Shown: positions 1-9,954 of the stretch, piece by piece
Layout: the number at the start of each line of letters is the position of its first letter
Position numbering within the stretch: the first letter of the stretch is position 1
Assembly: GCA_002350445.1 (NCBI GenBank)
Contig: DEEV01000116.1
Coordinates: 5,817 to 38,437 of the forward strand
Length of the DNA: 32,621 nt
Direction of reading: 5' to 3'
From: Treponema sp. UBA2869
Lineage (GTDB): Bacteria; Spirochaetota; Spirochaetia; Treponematales; Treponemataceae
The notes under the pieces: model-generated
Databases searched by the model: none
What the model was told of the DNA's origin: nothing
The model's input: only the letters and a program-made list of their open reading frames with translations
Position numbers and translations under genes: made by a program

Positions 1-47
1 CAAATTAAAGAAACTTTTCCTTTATAGAATCTTCAAAAAAATATCTA

Positions 48-53
48 TATAAT
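48..53 (+). promoter_or_regulatory. sigma70-type -10 box (TATAAT) 6 nt before the ATG at 60; candidate leaderless promoter
   Basis: TATAAT at 48-53, then tacgtt, then ATG. No Shine-Dalgarno and no convincing -35. Confidence 0.5.
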
Positions 54-59
54 TACGTT

Positions 60-3000
60 ATGAAAATACACGGATTTTTTTTCGCAGCATTGATTCTTAT
101 ATGCGGCACATTTATTTCTTGCAAAGAAACTAAATTAATCAATAACATTCAATTTGTAGAAATTAACCTTCCCGCTCAAGATAAAGAGCCTGCCTTAAAC
201 CTTTTTGTTTCCCGCACAGAAATTACACAGGCGCAGTTTTCAGAAATGATGAAGGTAAATCCTTCCAAAGTTCAGAACGACCAGCTTCCAGTTACAAACA
301 TTTCCTACGCGGACGCTTTCCGCTACTGCAACAAGCTGAATAAATTTTTCGGCTTCAAGGAAACCTACAAAATTGACGAAAAGGTTTCCGATGCTTCAGG
401 AAATCCACTCATCGAAGAAATTCCTGACGTTCAGGGCTTTAGGCTGCTCCACTACAATGAAGCAGAAAGACTGCTCGAAAAATACTATACCGCAGACAAC
501 TCACGAGGATATCTTACAATCAGATACATTGGAAAAGGCTGGCACGGAAACAGGCTTCACAAAGTTGCACATTATATTCCCGATTCTTTTGGACTTTTCG
601 ATTTTGACGGCAACGCCAGGGAGTTTATTTATTTTACAGGGGAAGCTTCAGAGTTGTACAACGAAGAAGAAAGAAGCTCAAAAACAGTTGAACTGGACTA
701 CGGAATTGTAACTTACGAAGTTCTAAAAGAACATGTAAACGAAAACTTTGCGAACAAGTACAAAAATTACTTTGTATCTGCAGCTGATGCAACAGGTTTT
801 AGAATCTGCTGTCCGGCAACAATCGATAAGTCAAAGCTGGACATACTTTTTGCCAAAAATGTAGATAAAGACCGCGAAGAATGGCTTAAGTCTAATTTTG
901 AAAAACTACGTCCGCAGCTTGAATTTGTGCCGTGCGAAAAATATTCGTATCAGGTAGTCGGCGAAAACATGGACGGCAGCAAAAAGAAAATCAACATTTT
1001 TGTTTCAGAAATGAATGCAGGGAAAACCGAAATTTCCAAGGAGCTTTACAATTATGTCATGGAAAATCAGCTTTATGACGGAATTGAAAGTCCTGATTTT
1101 TTGAACAACCACAGAGATTATTATTATATGTTTTCAACCAATTTCAAAGAAGATGATTATATTGGCGAACAGGAGCCAAAAACAAACATTGATTATCTTT
1201 ATTCAATAGAATTCTGTAACAGACTAAGCAAACTCTGCGGCCTTACGCCATGCTACATACAAGGCAAAAAATACACAACAAATTCTAACCATCCTTATGA
1301 CTATGAATACAGCTTTGACCCGACGGCAAACGGCTACAGACTTCCGACAAAATCAGAATTTATTTCTTTTGAAGCGCAATACAATACACGCGAAGAAATA
1401 AACTTTGACCCGACTCACTGGAACTGGACAGAAGATAACTTTACAGAACAGCCTTACACAACCGACATGTATAATCCGCTGAACCAGTATTCTTCAGCTT
1501 ATAAAGTAATCTACCGCTACGCAGGCGAAAAACGCAAACCTATTATGAATTCTATGAATCACTATTGGGTTGAAAATGAACGCGAATCAAAATCTCCAAA
1601 TTTCTGCCTTCGTTTGTTCCAGACAACAAAACCAGAACAGCTTGCCGAATACAAACAAAAGCAGGAAGAAGTCGTTGCGGCAAAAATTGAAGAAGTATTT
1701 GATTCAGCCATCACAATGAAAAAATACGAAGGCGGTCTTAAAACTTATTCAGAATCCACTGACCTTCCAGATGCAGAAATTGCCGACTTTGAAATTTCAG
1801 ATCGGCCTTTTTCTAACTATCTTTATAAAACTCTCACAGGAAAAATTAACCATTCAGAAAGCAATAAAAACAGAAAAGATGCAGATGTTTATTATGACGA
1901 AATTGCCCAAATTTGCAACAAGCTCAGTGAACTTCGCGGTTTTGAAAAATGCTATTTCCAGAATGCAGATGAATGGAAATGTGATTACACTAAAAACGGC
2001 TTCAGGCTTCCGACTGTAGCAGAATTTTTTGCAACCTCGCTGCCTCCAGGAGATGAAGTGTACGCAAAAAAAACTTTATGCAATGACATTTATGTTTCAA
2101 GCTATATTCCTGTCTGGGAAACTTCCTTCCCACACGGAGATTACGATTTTGACGGTGCAGAAAAGGAGCATGTCTTTGCACGCAGATACGGAGATTTGGA
2201 CAGCTACACGATTGGAGAATTCTTGCTTTGCCGCACTCTGGACACCGAAAAAATTTCAGAACTTCTGGCAAAAAATAAGGAAGATAAAAAACTTCTTGCT
2301 TCCAAAATAGACGAAATGCTCGAAATGATTGAATTCTCCGGCGGAAAATACACTATGAGCTATAAGGATTCAGAGACAACAAAGGACGTAAAAAAGACTC
2401 AGAACCTGAAGCCGTTCAAAATCATGTCTACACGATTTACATATGGACTTGCAAAAAAACTTTATGACAAAAAAGCAGATGGAAAAGACGATAAAATTTA
2501 TGAAAGAAATCTTACCGAAACAATGCTTATCTGCAATGAGCTTAGTCTTCTAGCAAAGCTTACTCCATATTATAAAATAAACGGAAAGGTTATTCCTACC
2601 GGCTATTCAAGCGGTGATCTGCTAAAAAAGATTAACGAAAAATTCAGTTATCAGTTTGAAGGTGAATGTAATGCAGAAGATGTAAACTTCGAAAACAAAA
2701 TTGAATATAACGAAAAATCAAATGGCTACAGACTTCCACAGGAAATTGAATGGGTTTATGCAGGAACCTTAGGCACAGATCCTTCTGAAAAAATAGAACT
2801 TATGGATACTAGTGAAGTTAAAGTATCAAAACCTGAACCTGCCACACAATCAGGACTATACTTTATGAACACACTGGAAGGAGAATGGTGTAACGACGAA
2901 GGACCTGTAATAAAATATGTTGACCCGGAAATAAAATATTACCGCGGCATAGAAGGAGGCTATATATACCAGAGTCATGTACTCCGCTATCATTGCAGTC

Positions 3001-3134
3001 CAAACTCTATTTCACACGACTATGGCTATTATACAAACTATCAATGGCACCCGGAAATAAGAGAAATTTATGGTCACATTTATATAAATCCTGCCTGGAG
3101 TTCTTATCCATTCAGAATTGTAAGATATAATTAA
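60..3134 (+). CDS. Large lipoprotein with about four tandem FGE-sulfatase/SUMF1 (CLec-fold) domains
   Basis: 1024-aa ORF with signal peptide ending FISC (Cys21). Recurring family motifs TEIT/S, (F/Y/I)CNxL, G(F/Y)RL(P) four times (QGFRLL, NGYRLPT, NGFRLPT, NGYRLPQEIEW) and terminal strands GFRICC, FCLRLF, FLLCRT, PFRIVR. Confidence 0.8.
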   Translation: MKIHGFFFAALILICGTFISCKETKLINNIQFVEINLPAQDKEPALNLFVSRTEITQAQFSEMMKVNPSKVQNDQLPVTNISYADAFRYCNKLNKFFGFKETYKIDEKVSDASGNPLIEEIPDVQGFRLLHYNEAERLLEKYYTADNSRGYLTIRYIGKGWHGNRLHKVAHYIPDSFGLFDFDGNAREFIYFTGEASELYNEEERSSKTVELDYGIVTYEVLKEHVNENFANKYKNYFVSAADATGFRICCPATIDKSKLDILFAKNVDKDREEWLKSNFEKLRPQLEFVPCEKYSYQVVGENMDGSKKKINIFVSEMNAGKTEISKELYNYVMENQLYDGIESPDFLNNHRDYYYMFSTNFKEDDYIGEQEPKTNIDYLYSIEFCNRLSKLCGLTPCYIQGKKYTTNSNHPYDYEYSFDPTANGYRLPTKSEFISFEAQYNTREEINFDPTHWNWTEDNFTEQPYTTDMYNPLNQYSSAYKVIYRYAGEKRKPIMNSMNHYWVENERESKSPNFCLRLFQTTKPEQLAEYKQKQEEVVAAKIEEVFDSAITMKKYEGGLKTYSESTDLPDAEIADFEISDRPFSNYLYKTLTGKINHSESNKNRKDADVYYDEIAQICNKLSELRGFEKCYFQNADEWKCDYTKNGFRLPTVAEFFATSLPPGDEVYAKKTLCNDIYVSSYIPVWETSFPHGDYDFDGAEKEHVFARRYGDLDSYTIGEFLLCRTLDTEKISELLAKNKEDKKLLASKIDEMLEMIEFSGGKYTMSYKDSETTKDVKKTQNLKPFKIMSTRFTYGLAKKLYDKKADGKDDKIYERNLTETMLICNELSLLAKLTPYYKINGKVIPTGYSSGDLLKKINEKFSYQFEGECNAEDVNFENKIEYNEKSNGYRLPQEIEWVYAGTLGTDPSEKIELMDTSEVKVSKPEPATQSGLYFMNTLEGEWCNDEGPVIKYVDPEIKYYRGIEGGYIYQSHVLRYHCSPNSISHDYGYYTNYQWHPEIREIYGHIYINPAWSSYPFRIVRYN

Positions 3135-3155
3135 CAATCACAAAAGGAATAAATT

Positions 3156-6100
3156 ATGAAATTAACTAAAGCAATATTTACAGTAACAGCACTTGTCCTT
3201 GTTTTACCGCTTCTTTCTTGCAAGAAAAATAATGCGGACGATTCGGCTCTGGCACAGACAGAAGCCTCGAATGAAAAAGCCCCGGAAATTCCAAAAGAGC
3301 CGCCGGAACTTTTTAACATGATTACAGTTGAAGGTGGCTGGTTCACAATGGGACTCAGCGAAGACGATTATTCAAAAAAACATCGGGATTCTTCAGATTA
3401 TAACTATCAAAGAGAACACAAAGCTTATGTCAGCGATTTTATGATGAGCTCGTCAGAAATTACTCAGGATAAATACGAAGAGATTATGGCCGCTAACCCT
3501 TCCCTTCATGCAAGCAAATACCGTCCTGTTGAGCTTGAAAAAATTACCGACGCACTGGCATTCTGCAACAAACTCAGCCTCAGCGAAAACCTTACACCAT
3601 GCTACAGCGTAAAAGGCGAAACCGACCCTGACCTTTGGGACACTTTCTGGGGAAAAGAAGATGAATACAAAGAATATTATTTTTTTATGAGGGAACTCAG
3701 CTGCGATTTTAATGCAGATGGCTACAGACTTCCTACAGAATCAGAATGGATGTATGCGGCACGCTCAGGAAAATACCACGAAGACTTTACCTATTCAGGC
3801 TCAGAAAAGTCTCAGGAAGTTGCAGTTACACCTTACAAAAACGAAGACGAAGAATATATCAACTTTGACAGCCCTGACGAAGTAAAAAGTCTTAAGCCGA
3901 ACAAGCTTGGCTTTTACGATATGAGCGGAAATCTTTCTGAACTTGTGTGGGATTATTACGCAATTTACCCGGAATATTCAACCGTAAATTACACAGGTCC
4001 TGAACGCAGAGATCAGACAAATGCCGATTCAGGCGTTTTAAAAGGCGGAAATTATCAGGACAGATACACTCTGGAAGACAGGCAGCCAAAAAGTCTTCGC
4101 GGAGACAGGGAATTCGGCATACGTGTATGCCGTACGCTCAATTCAGAAAATTCACAAAAACGCACACAAAAAGCCATTGAAGTTGCAAAAAAAGATCAGC
4201 TTGAAAAGCTTAAAGAAACAGTTTATTCAAAGCTCGTAAAGATTGAGCCCTTTACATATCAAAACGGAGACTATAAGCAAAAGGAATTTGATGGTCTTTA
4301 TATTACGAAACAGCCTTTAACCCAGGATGACGTTTTTCTTATATCTGATAAATATCGTGGTGATTGTAACCACCTGGATAGAGAAATCAAAAACTATAAC
4401 GCAATCCGCTTTTTAAACGAGCTGAGTAAACTGCTTGGTTACGAGCCTTATTATATAATCACAATGCGGGACGAAAACGGCGAGTACGTCGAGGTTGACG
4501 AAGACTATCTTGTTTCCCGCAATCTTGATTTTACGGTCAGCGAAAATGATTATGACAAAAGAGAGCATAGCGAATTTGATAAAATGAAAATCCTTTGCAA
4601 TCTGCAGGCAGACGGTTTCAGACTAACAAAATATATTGATCTTGATTATGACAGGCGCGATGAAGAAGTAAAGGAAGAGGATGCTCTTACGCTTATTACA
4701 AGTATAGACTACAACTCCAAAGATGATGATGTTGTTTTTTATTTGACAAACGGACTGCCGGGCGACATGTACCTTAACTACTTTAAAGAAGCAGACGGTG
4801 TTCTAAGTGAAAGACCATATTATGATTTTTATTTTAATGGTTTTTATATCTGTAAAAACATTCCCGAAGATAAAAAAGAAATTGAACAGATTGAAAAGGA
4901 AATTGCAGAATATTCAGAGAAAGTGCGCATAAAAAAGCTTGAAAAATTTGAAAAGCTTGCCGGAAATTCTATAAACGATCTGATGAAAAATGTAAAAGGC
5001 GGAAAAGCACTGCAGTCACTTGATACAGAGAACAAAAATTTTCTTGAAGTTACACTTGGCACTTTTATGATGTCAGAAATTCCAGTGACAAACAGAATTT
5101 ACTCTGCGCTAAAAGGTGAAGAATATGTTGTAAAAGACAGTCAGGGCTGGGAAATTAGAGATGAAGAAGAAGTTGAAGCTGCTAAAAACAGCCCGAAAGA
5201 CTTTAACTGGTACCAGGCGGCAGCCTTCTGCAATGCTTTGAGCGAACTTTACAAGCTTGAGAAAGCCTATTCCTTTGGCGAAAATACGGTTTCTGTTGAT
5301 TACACTGCAAACGGCTTTAGAATGCCAACCGAAGTCGAATGGGAACACGCTGCCCGTTCAGGAACTTGCAATAAAACCTTAAAATACGGCGTTACAATTG
5401 ATTCGGTTGTTTATATGCAAAACCCTAATATGTTCAGATTAATTGAAGACGACTGGGAAGATTATTACAAATCAATCGTGCCAATTTCAGTTTACACTGG
5501 TCAGCCAAACTCGCTGGGAATCTACAATCTTGCGGGACTTTGCGAAGAATGGTGTAATGATTTTCAGTATTTTGACTACTATGATTTTACATCTGAAAAA
5601 ACAGGTTACACTGTAAGTTCATACGACTCAAAGCCATACTACATTACAAAAATGCCTTTTGGCCAGGTTTATGCACCGCAAATCATTAAAAAAGGCAACT
5701 GGTATTATTATGCAAGTGCAGATAATGTAAAACTTTCGGTAAGAGATACATCAAAACCAGGAAGCAATGACAAAACAACTTTACGCCTTGTACGAACAGC
5801 AAATCCGGGCGAAATGAAAAAGCTTTTGGAAGAGCACGAAAAAGAACATCTTGAAATGCTGGCTGCACAAAAAAACTTCTTTGACGAAAACATGAAGATG
5901 GCAAGCGTAAAAGGACAGACATTCAAAAGTGTTGATTATTACGGAAAAATTGACGAAAAGAAAACCGAATCAGTTACAGACTTTGAGATTGCCGACACAG
6001 AAATTACTAACGAAATGTATATTCGTGTAATGCACTATAACCCGAACATCGAAAAAATAGGCCAAAGGCACTACAATGACTCGCCGAACGCGCCTGTAAC

Positions 6101-6560
6101 AAATATCAGTTTTACAGAAGCCATGTATTTCTGCAACGAGCTTAGCCTGATGTACGGCTTAAAACCGTTCTACAACATAGAAAAACAAACTGTAAATAAA
6201 GATTCAGACGGATTCCGTCTTCCACTGGAACAGGAATGGCTTATTGCCGCAATGGAAGGCGATCCTAAAAACCTGTCCAAATTCAGCGGCTCAGACGATA
6301 AAAACGAAGTCGGAGTATTCACTGGAAGTAAACCTCAGGAAGTAAAAACAAAAAAACCGAACAAGCTTGGGCTTTACGACATGTCAGGCAATGTTTTTGA
6401 AATGGTTCACTACGTTGACGGCTGGCGGGAATTTTATTCTGGCTACGATCGTATTAAGGGCGGCTCTTACGACTATGAAGATGACATTTTCAACATGAGA
6501 AGCTGGAAAGAAGACCAGACCGGCTTTAGAGTCGTAAGAGGAAAACTGCAGGCTGAATAA
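3156..6560 (+). CDS. Large lipoprotein with about four tandem FGE-sulfatase/SUMF1 (CLec-fold) domains
   Basis: 1134-aa ORF with AAGGA RBS and lipobox LLSC (Cys22). Motifs GGWFTMG, SEITQ, FCNKLS, GYRLPTESEW, KPNKLGFYDMSGNLSE, KGG, GIRVCR recur (GFRMPTEVEW, GIYNLAG, GFRLPLEQEW, KPNKLGLYDMSGNVFE, KGGSY, GFRVVR). Confidence 0.85.
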   Translation: MKLTKAIFTVTALVLVLPLLSCKKNNADDSALAQTEASNEKAPEIPKEPPELFNMITVEGGWFTMGLSEDDYSKKHRDSSDYNYQREHKAYVSDFMMSSSEITQDKYEEIMAANPSLHASKYRPVELEKITDALAFCNKLSLSENLTPCYSVKGETDPDLWDTFWGKEDEYKEYYFFMRELSCDFNADGYRLPTESEWMYAARSGKYHEDFTYSGSEKSQEVAVTPYKNEDEEYINFDSPDEVKSLKPNKLGFYDMSGNLSELVWDYYAIYPEYSTVNYTGPERRDQTNADSGVLKGGNYQDRYTLEDRQPKSLRGDREFGIRVCRTLNSENSQKRTQKAIEVAKKDQLEKLKETVYSKLVKIEPFTYQNGDYKQKEFDGLYITKQPLTQDDVFLISDKYRGDCNHLDREIKNYNAIRFLNELSKLLGYEPYYIITMRDENGEYVEVDEDYLVSRNLDFTVSENDYDKREHSEFDKMKILCNLQADGFRLTKYIDLDYDRRDEEVKEEDALTLITSIDYNSKDDDVVFYLTNGLPGDMYLNYFKEADGVLSERPYYDFYFNGFYICKNIPEDKKEIEQIEKEIAEYSEKVRIKKLEKFEKLAGNSINDLMKNVKGGKALQSLDTENKNFLEVTLGTFMMSEIPVTNRIYSALKGEEYVVKDSQGWEIRDEEEVEAAKNSPKDFNWYQAAAFCNALSELYKLEKAYSFGENTVSVDYTANGFRMPTEVEWEHAARSGTCNKTLKYGVTIDSVVYMQNPNMFRLIEDDWEDYYKSIVPISVYTGQPNSLGIYNLAGLCEEWCNDFQYFDYYDFTSEKTGYTVSSYDSKPYYITKMPFGQVYAPQIIKKGNWYYYASADNVKLSVRDTSKPGSNDKTTLRLVRTANPGEMKKLLEEHEKEHLEMLAAQKNFFDENMKMASVKGQTFKSVDYYGKIDEKKTESVTDFEIADTEITNEMYIRVMHYNPNIEKIGQRHYNDSPNAPVTNISFTEAMYFCNELSLMYGLKPFYNIEKQTVNKDSDGFRLPLEQEWLIAAMEGDPKNLSKFSGSDDKNEVGVFTGSKPQEVKTKKPNKLGLYDMSGNVFEMVHYVDGWREFYSGYDRIKGGSYDYEDDIFNMRSWKEDQTGFRVVRGKLQAE

Positions 6561-6580
6561 TACGATTTGTTCTGCCTCGT

Positions 6581-8434
6581 CTATTTTTTGTGAACAAGAA
6601 GTTCCTTGTCCTTAACGTACAAAATTTTGTCGTGGAAAATAAGGCCAGGGAACGCTTCTCCATCAACAAAAACATATCTTCTGGAACCTCTGGAATTGCG
6701 CACCTCAAATTCAATAGAATCAGCTTCCGGAGAATAAACCGTAGCGCCCAAATCTTTTGTGCCAAAATTAAATGAACCGTACGTTTTTGAGTCGTATTCA
6801 AAAGTGATCAAACCATCGTTCCATTTGGTAATAACTTCTGGCTCCGAAGAATCAAACAAAGCATCAGTAGATTCATAAAGCTCTTCTAATCTGAACATAC
6901 CTTTTTTGTTGATTATGTAATCGTCGCCTCCGGTTAGTTTTTTTACCCAAATTAAATAATCACCGTTCGCTGTAGAGCGGATGCATGGTTCGTTGGAAAT
7001 ATTATATCCAATTCCATCGTTTCTTATACTTACAATACTGTAAAATTTTCCGTATTCTTTTCCATTCAAATAAAGAATTTCACAATCTGATTCTTTATCA
7101 TTAATATAATAAGCATAATTATTTCCATCGTCAGTAAGCCCAAAGCCCTTTACAGGAATCCAATCCCTGCTGAAAAACCAGTAATCGTCATCCGGAAAAT
7201 CCATTCGTCTGATCCACTTTCCGTCAATAAAAAGCGTCCACCTTTCATTGTCATAATCAAGGTCTGCGTATGCAATATGCGACAAATATTTTGTATGATA
7301 GAGAATGCAAGGACTTTTTACAGGACCATAAGTTTTGTGAAAATCTGGAGTAAGAACATTCAAAATGAACTTTTTATCTTTATCACGCGTGTAATAAAGG
7401 AAATTTTTTCCATCGTCGCTTCTATACTCAACCGACCAGATGTTTTCAATTCTTTGATTGCCGTACCATAAAATATTCTGTTCCCTGTTCACAAGAATTT
7501 CTGCATAAACATCGTTTGTTTCACCAATAAAACCTGCATTTAGAATTGACATGGTATCTAAACGTTTTGTGCTGCTGATTTTAAGCTTTTTTTCGTAATC
7601 AAAAATTCCAGAAGGTTTTCCATCCACATAAAGGTCTTCAAAAATATTGCCATTCTTTCTGATGTAACAATAGTGACTTGAATCATCAGAAAAAGCAAAA
7701 TTATAAATACCAGCCCTTTCTTCTATTAATTCACCGTTTACATAAAGCTGTTCTCTTCGATAATCATAGAAATCATCTTCAGCTTCAACTCTGTTTCCGT
7801 TTTCGTCAAGCTCATAGTTTTGTTCCGGCGGAATCTTCATATATGCAAGATTTTTTTCATCCCTGGAAATATAATAATTAGTAACATTTCTGATGCTTTT
7901 TTCGCCGTCAAAGAAAGTGCTTTCAGAATCATCTGCCATGTAAACAATTTTATCGTCCCATATTTCTGCTGAAACAATTTTTACTGTCTTACCATTTACT
8001 TCAGCTTTTACGACCCATTCTGAATAAGGAATGGAATCTATCACATTACGAAACATAAACAGGAAAAGTACAATATCAATTACAACAACAAAAAACTGAA
8101 GTCCTGGCTCACTTTTGGTCTCGTAAGGATTTTCACCTTCTATATCCCTTCTGTTACCAAACCACATAAATGGAGTGAACATTGCAGCCCAGCCGCTTCG
8201 TCCCATTGCGTGCATTCTTCGTACCGAAGCAGACAAAAGCGGCAGCACAAAAAGCATAAAAATAGTAAGTAAAATGCTAAAAACAAAACTATTGTCTTGA
8301 AAAACACCAAATCCAAGAACAAAGATAATCACCATCAAAGCTATAAGAAAAACGCCGTAATAAGCAACCTCTTTTTTAGAGGCACAGCCCTTTATCGAAA
8401 AATATTTTTTTAAGCAAAGTAGAATGTATTTCAT
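6581..8434 (-). CDS. DUF805 (YhaH-like) membrane protein fused to a large beta-propeller/TolB-like repeat domain
   Basis: N-terminus KKYFSIKGCASKKE...LSASVRRMHAMGRSGW is DUF805-like. C-terminal repeats S/TDDxxxxxY and LY(V/I/L)(N/D)G. Start moved to ATG 8434 (AAGGA upstream) because the longer track start lies inside a terminator hairpin. Confidence 0.7.
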   Translation of the reverse strand: MKYILLCLKKYFSIKGCASKKEVAYYGVFLIALMVIIFVLGFGVFQDNSFVFSILLTIFMLFVLPLLSASVRRMHAMGRSGWAAMFTPFMWFGNRRDIEGENPYETKSEPGLQFFVVVIDIVLFLFMFRNVIDSIPYSEWVVKAEVNGKTVKIVSAEIWDDKIVYMADDSESTFFDGEKSIRNVTNYYISRDEKNLAYMKIPPEQNYELDENGNRVEAEDDFYDYRREQLYVNGELIEERAGIYNFAFSDDSSHYCYIRKNGNIFEDLYVDGKPSGIFDYEKKLKISSTKRLDTMSILNAGFIGETNDVYAEILVNREQNILWYGNQRIENIWSVEYRSDDGKNFLYYTRDKDKKFILNVLTPDFHKTYGPVKSPCILYHTKYLSHIAYADLDYDNERWTLFIDGKWIRRMDFPDDDYWFFSRDWIPVKGFGLTDDGNNYAYYINDKESDCEILYLNGKEYGKFYSIVSIRNDGIGYNISNEPCIRSTANGDYLIWVKKLTGGDDYIINKKGMFRLEELYESTDALFDSSEPEVITKWNDGLITFEYDSKTYGSFNFGTKDLGATVYSPEADSIEFEVRNSRGSRRYVFVDGEAFPGLIFHDKILYVKDKELLVHKK

Positions 8435-8452
8435 ATGAGAATCCTTGTTAAA

Positions 8453-8486
8453 CAAAAACGACAGCCGCAACGGACTGTCGTTTTTG
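8453..8486. terminator. Rho-independent terminator after fabF-like KS
   Basis: CAAAAACGACAG...CTGTCGTTTTTG 12-bp inverted repeat with A/T tails, 17 nt past the KS stop. Confidence 0.75.
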
Positions 8487-8503
8487 AATTAATAAATACA
8501 GGT

Positions 8504-9772
8504 TTACTTATCTGCCCATTTTTTAAAGATGAGACTTGTATTAACACCGCCAAAAGCAAAGTTGTTTGCCATAACGTATTCAGCGTTGATTTCGCGGCCG
8601 TTGCCTGTAATGTAGTCAAGCGGAGCACATTCAGGGTCAACGTTTACAAGGTTTACGTTCGGGTGGAACCAGCCTTCATTCATCATGTTGATTGTAAGCC
8701 AGCTTTCTACACAACCGCACGCACCAAGAATATGACCAATGTAAGATTTTGTAGAAGAAATTGGCACAGCACGACCAAATGCCTTATAAACAGCCTGAGA
8801 TTCAGAAATATCTCCGTGAGGAGTTGCAGTTCCGTGTGCGTTTACGTAAGCAATTTTGTCCTTTGAAATTCCGGCATCTTCAATTGCCATTTCAAGACAT
8901 TTTGCCTGAGTTTCGCTGTTTGGCGAAGTAATGTGCGAACCGTCCATGTTTGTTGCAAAACCAACAACTTCGCAGTAAATCTTTGCGCCGCGTTTTACCG
9001 CATGCTCCAAATCTTCAAGAATCAAAGTTCCGGCACCTTCACCAATTACAAGACCATCGCGGTCCTTATCAAAGCATTTTGGTGTCTGCTCTGGAGTCTT
9101 GTTCATACAGGAAGTTGCACCAAGAGTATCAAAAATTGCAGCGTCTGGAGCAGAAAGCTCTTCGGCACCACCACAAATCATAATGTCCTGGCGTCCGTCT
9201 TCAATTGCTTCGTAACCATAACCAATAGACTGTGAACCAGAAGTACATGCTGTATCAGTAATAATTACACGTCCGCGAATCTGCCAGTAAACGCTCATGT
9301 TGCAGGCATTTGTCTGTGGCATAGCCTTAATGTAAGTCTGACTGTTAAGGTGGCTTGAATCGCCGGTTTCAACCATTTTTGCAAGGTCTCCGATAGCATC
9401 CATACTTCCCATACAAGTTCCGTATGCAATACCAGTGCGTCCGTTTTTAAGTTCTTCAATTACGTCTTCGCCATCTTCTGTCAAAAGACCTGCCATTTTA
9501 AGAGCATCAGTTGTAGAAAGAAGACCAAGCAAAGCAACACGTCCCATTCCTCGAATCTTCTTTCTTGGAAAAGAAGGCAATTCTTCGTCAAACGGGCAAG
9601 CCAGACGGGTATTCATTTTTGTATAGCGTTCCCATTCCGGCATATAACGGATTTTATTTTTACAGGTTTTCAGATTAGCATAAGCAGTTTCCCAATCACG
9701 GCCAAGAGCCGAAACCATACCGCCACCAGTTACAACAACGCGGCGTTTTCCATTAGGTTTTGTGAATTCCAT
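8504..9772 (-). CDS. fabF: Beta-ketoacyl-ACP synthase II (FabF family; ApeR-like)
   Basis: RRVVVTG, TACTSG (catalytic Cys), GLVIGEGAG, NAHGTAT, KSYIGH, NNFAFGG. Start set at ATG 9772 (GAGG RBS); the track's extra 27 aa run into an intergenic repeat. Confidence 0.9.
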   Translation of the reverse strand: MEFTKPNGKRRVVVTGGGMVSALGRDWETAYANLKTCKNKIRYMPEWERYTKMNTRLACPFDEELPSFPRKKIRGMGRVALLGLLSTTDALKMAGLLTEDGEDVIEELKNGRTGIAYGTCMGSMDAIGDLAKMVETGDSSHLNSQTYIKAMPQTNACNMSVYWQIRGRVIITDTACTSGSQSIGYGYEAIEDGRQDIMICGGAEELSAPDAAIFDTLGATSCMNKTPEQTPKCFDKDRDGLVIGEGAGTLILEDLEHAVKRGAKIYCEVVGFATNMDGSHITSPNSETQAKCLEMAIEDAGISKDKIAYVNAHGTATPHGDISESQAVYKAFGRAVPISSTKSYIGHILGACGCVESWLTINMMNEGWFHPNVNLVNVDPECAPLDYITGNGREINAEYVMANNFAFGGVNTSLIFKKWADK

Positions 9773-9797
9773 TTTGTTCCTCATTAAAAAGTTTTTA

Positions 9798-9914
9798 GGG
9801 CGTTCCTGTCGCTTCGCTCCAGGGCGCTCATTCCGCGCTTCGCTAACGCTCATCCTCCTCGCTCACTCCGTTCGCTGCGGTGGACTGCTTCGCAGGCGCT
9901 CCAATCACTAACGC
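9798..9914. repeat. GC-rich structured intergenic element (REP/MITE-like)
   Basis: About 117-nt GC-rich island from GGGCGTTCC to ATCACTAACGC. GCTTCGC occurs three times (9811, 9837, 9887), CTAACGCT twice, with several short hairpins. Single copy in this window. Confidence 0.6.
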
Positions 9915-9954
9915 TATCAGAATACCCAAAAATGCGGTAAATTTCAACACGCAT

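Noticed and set aside
60-6560. Active diversity-generating retroelement targeting the CLec genes
   Set aside because: No reverse transcriptase and no template/variable repeat pair differing at adenines was visible in this window. It cannot be excluded in trans.
60-6560. True formylglycine-generating enzymes (sulfatase maturation)
   Set aside because: Catalytic Cys motif not seen, no sulfatase nearby, and a multi-module lipoprotein architecture.
9773-9853. N-terminal extension of FabF in the ORF track
   Set aside because: It is a translation of the intergenic repeat; the RBS and family motif favour ATG 9772.
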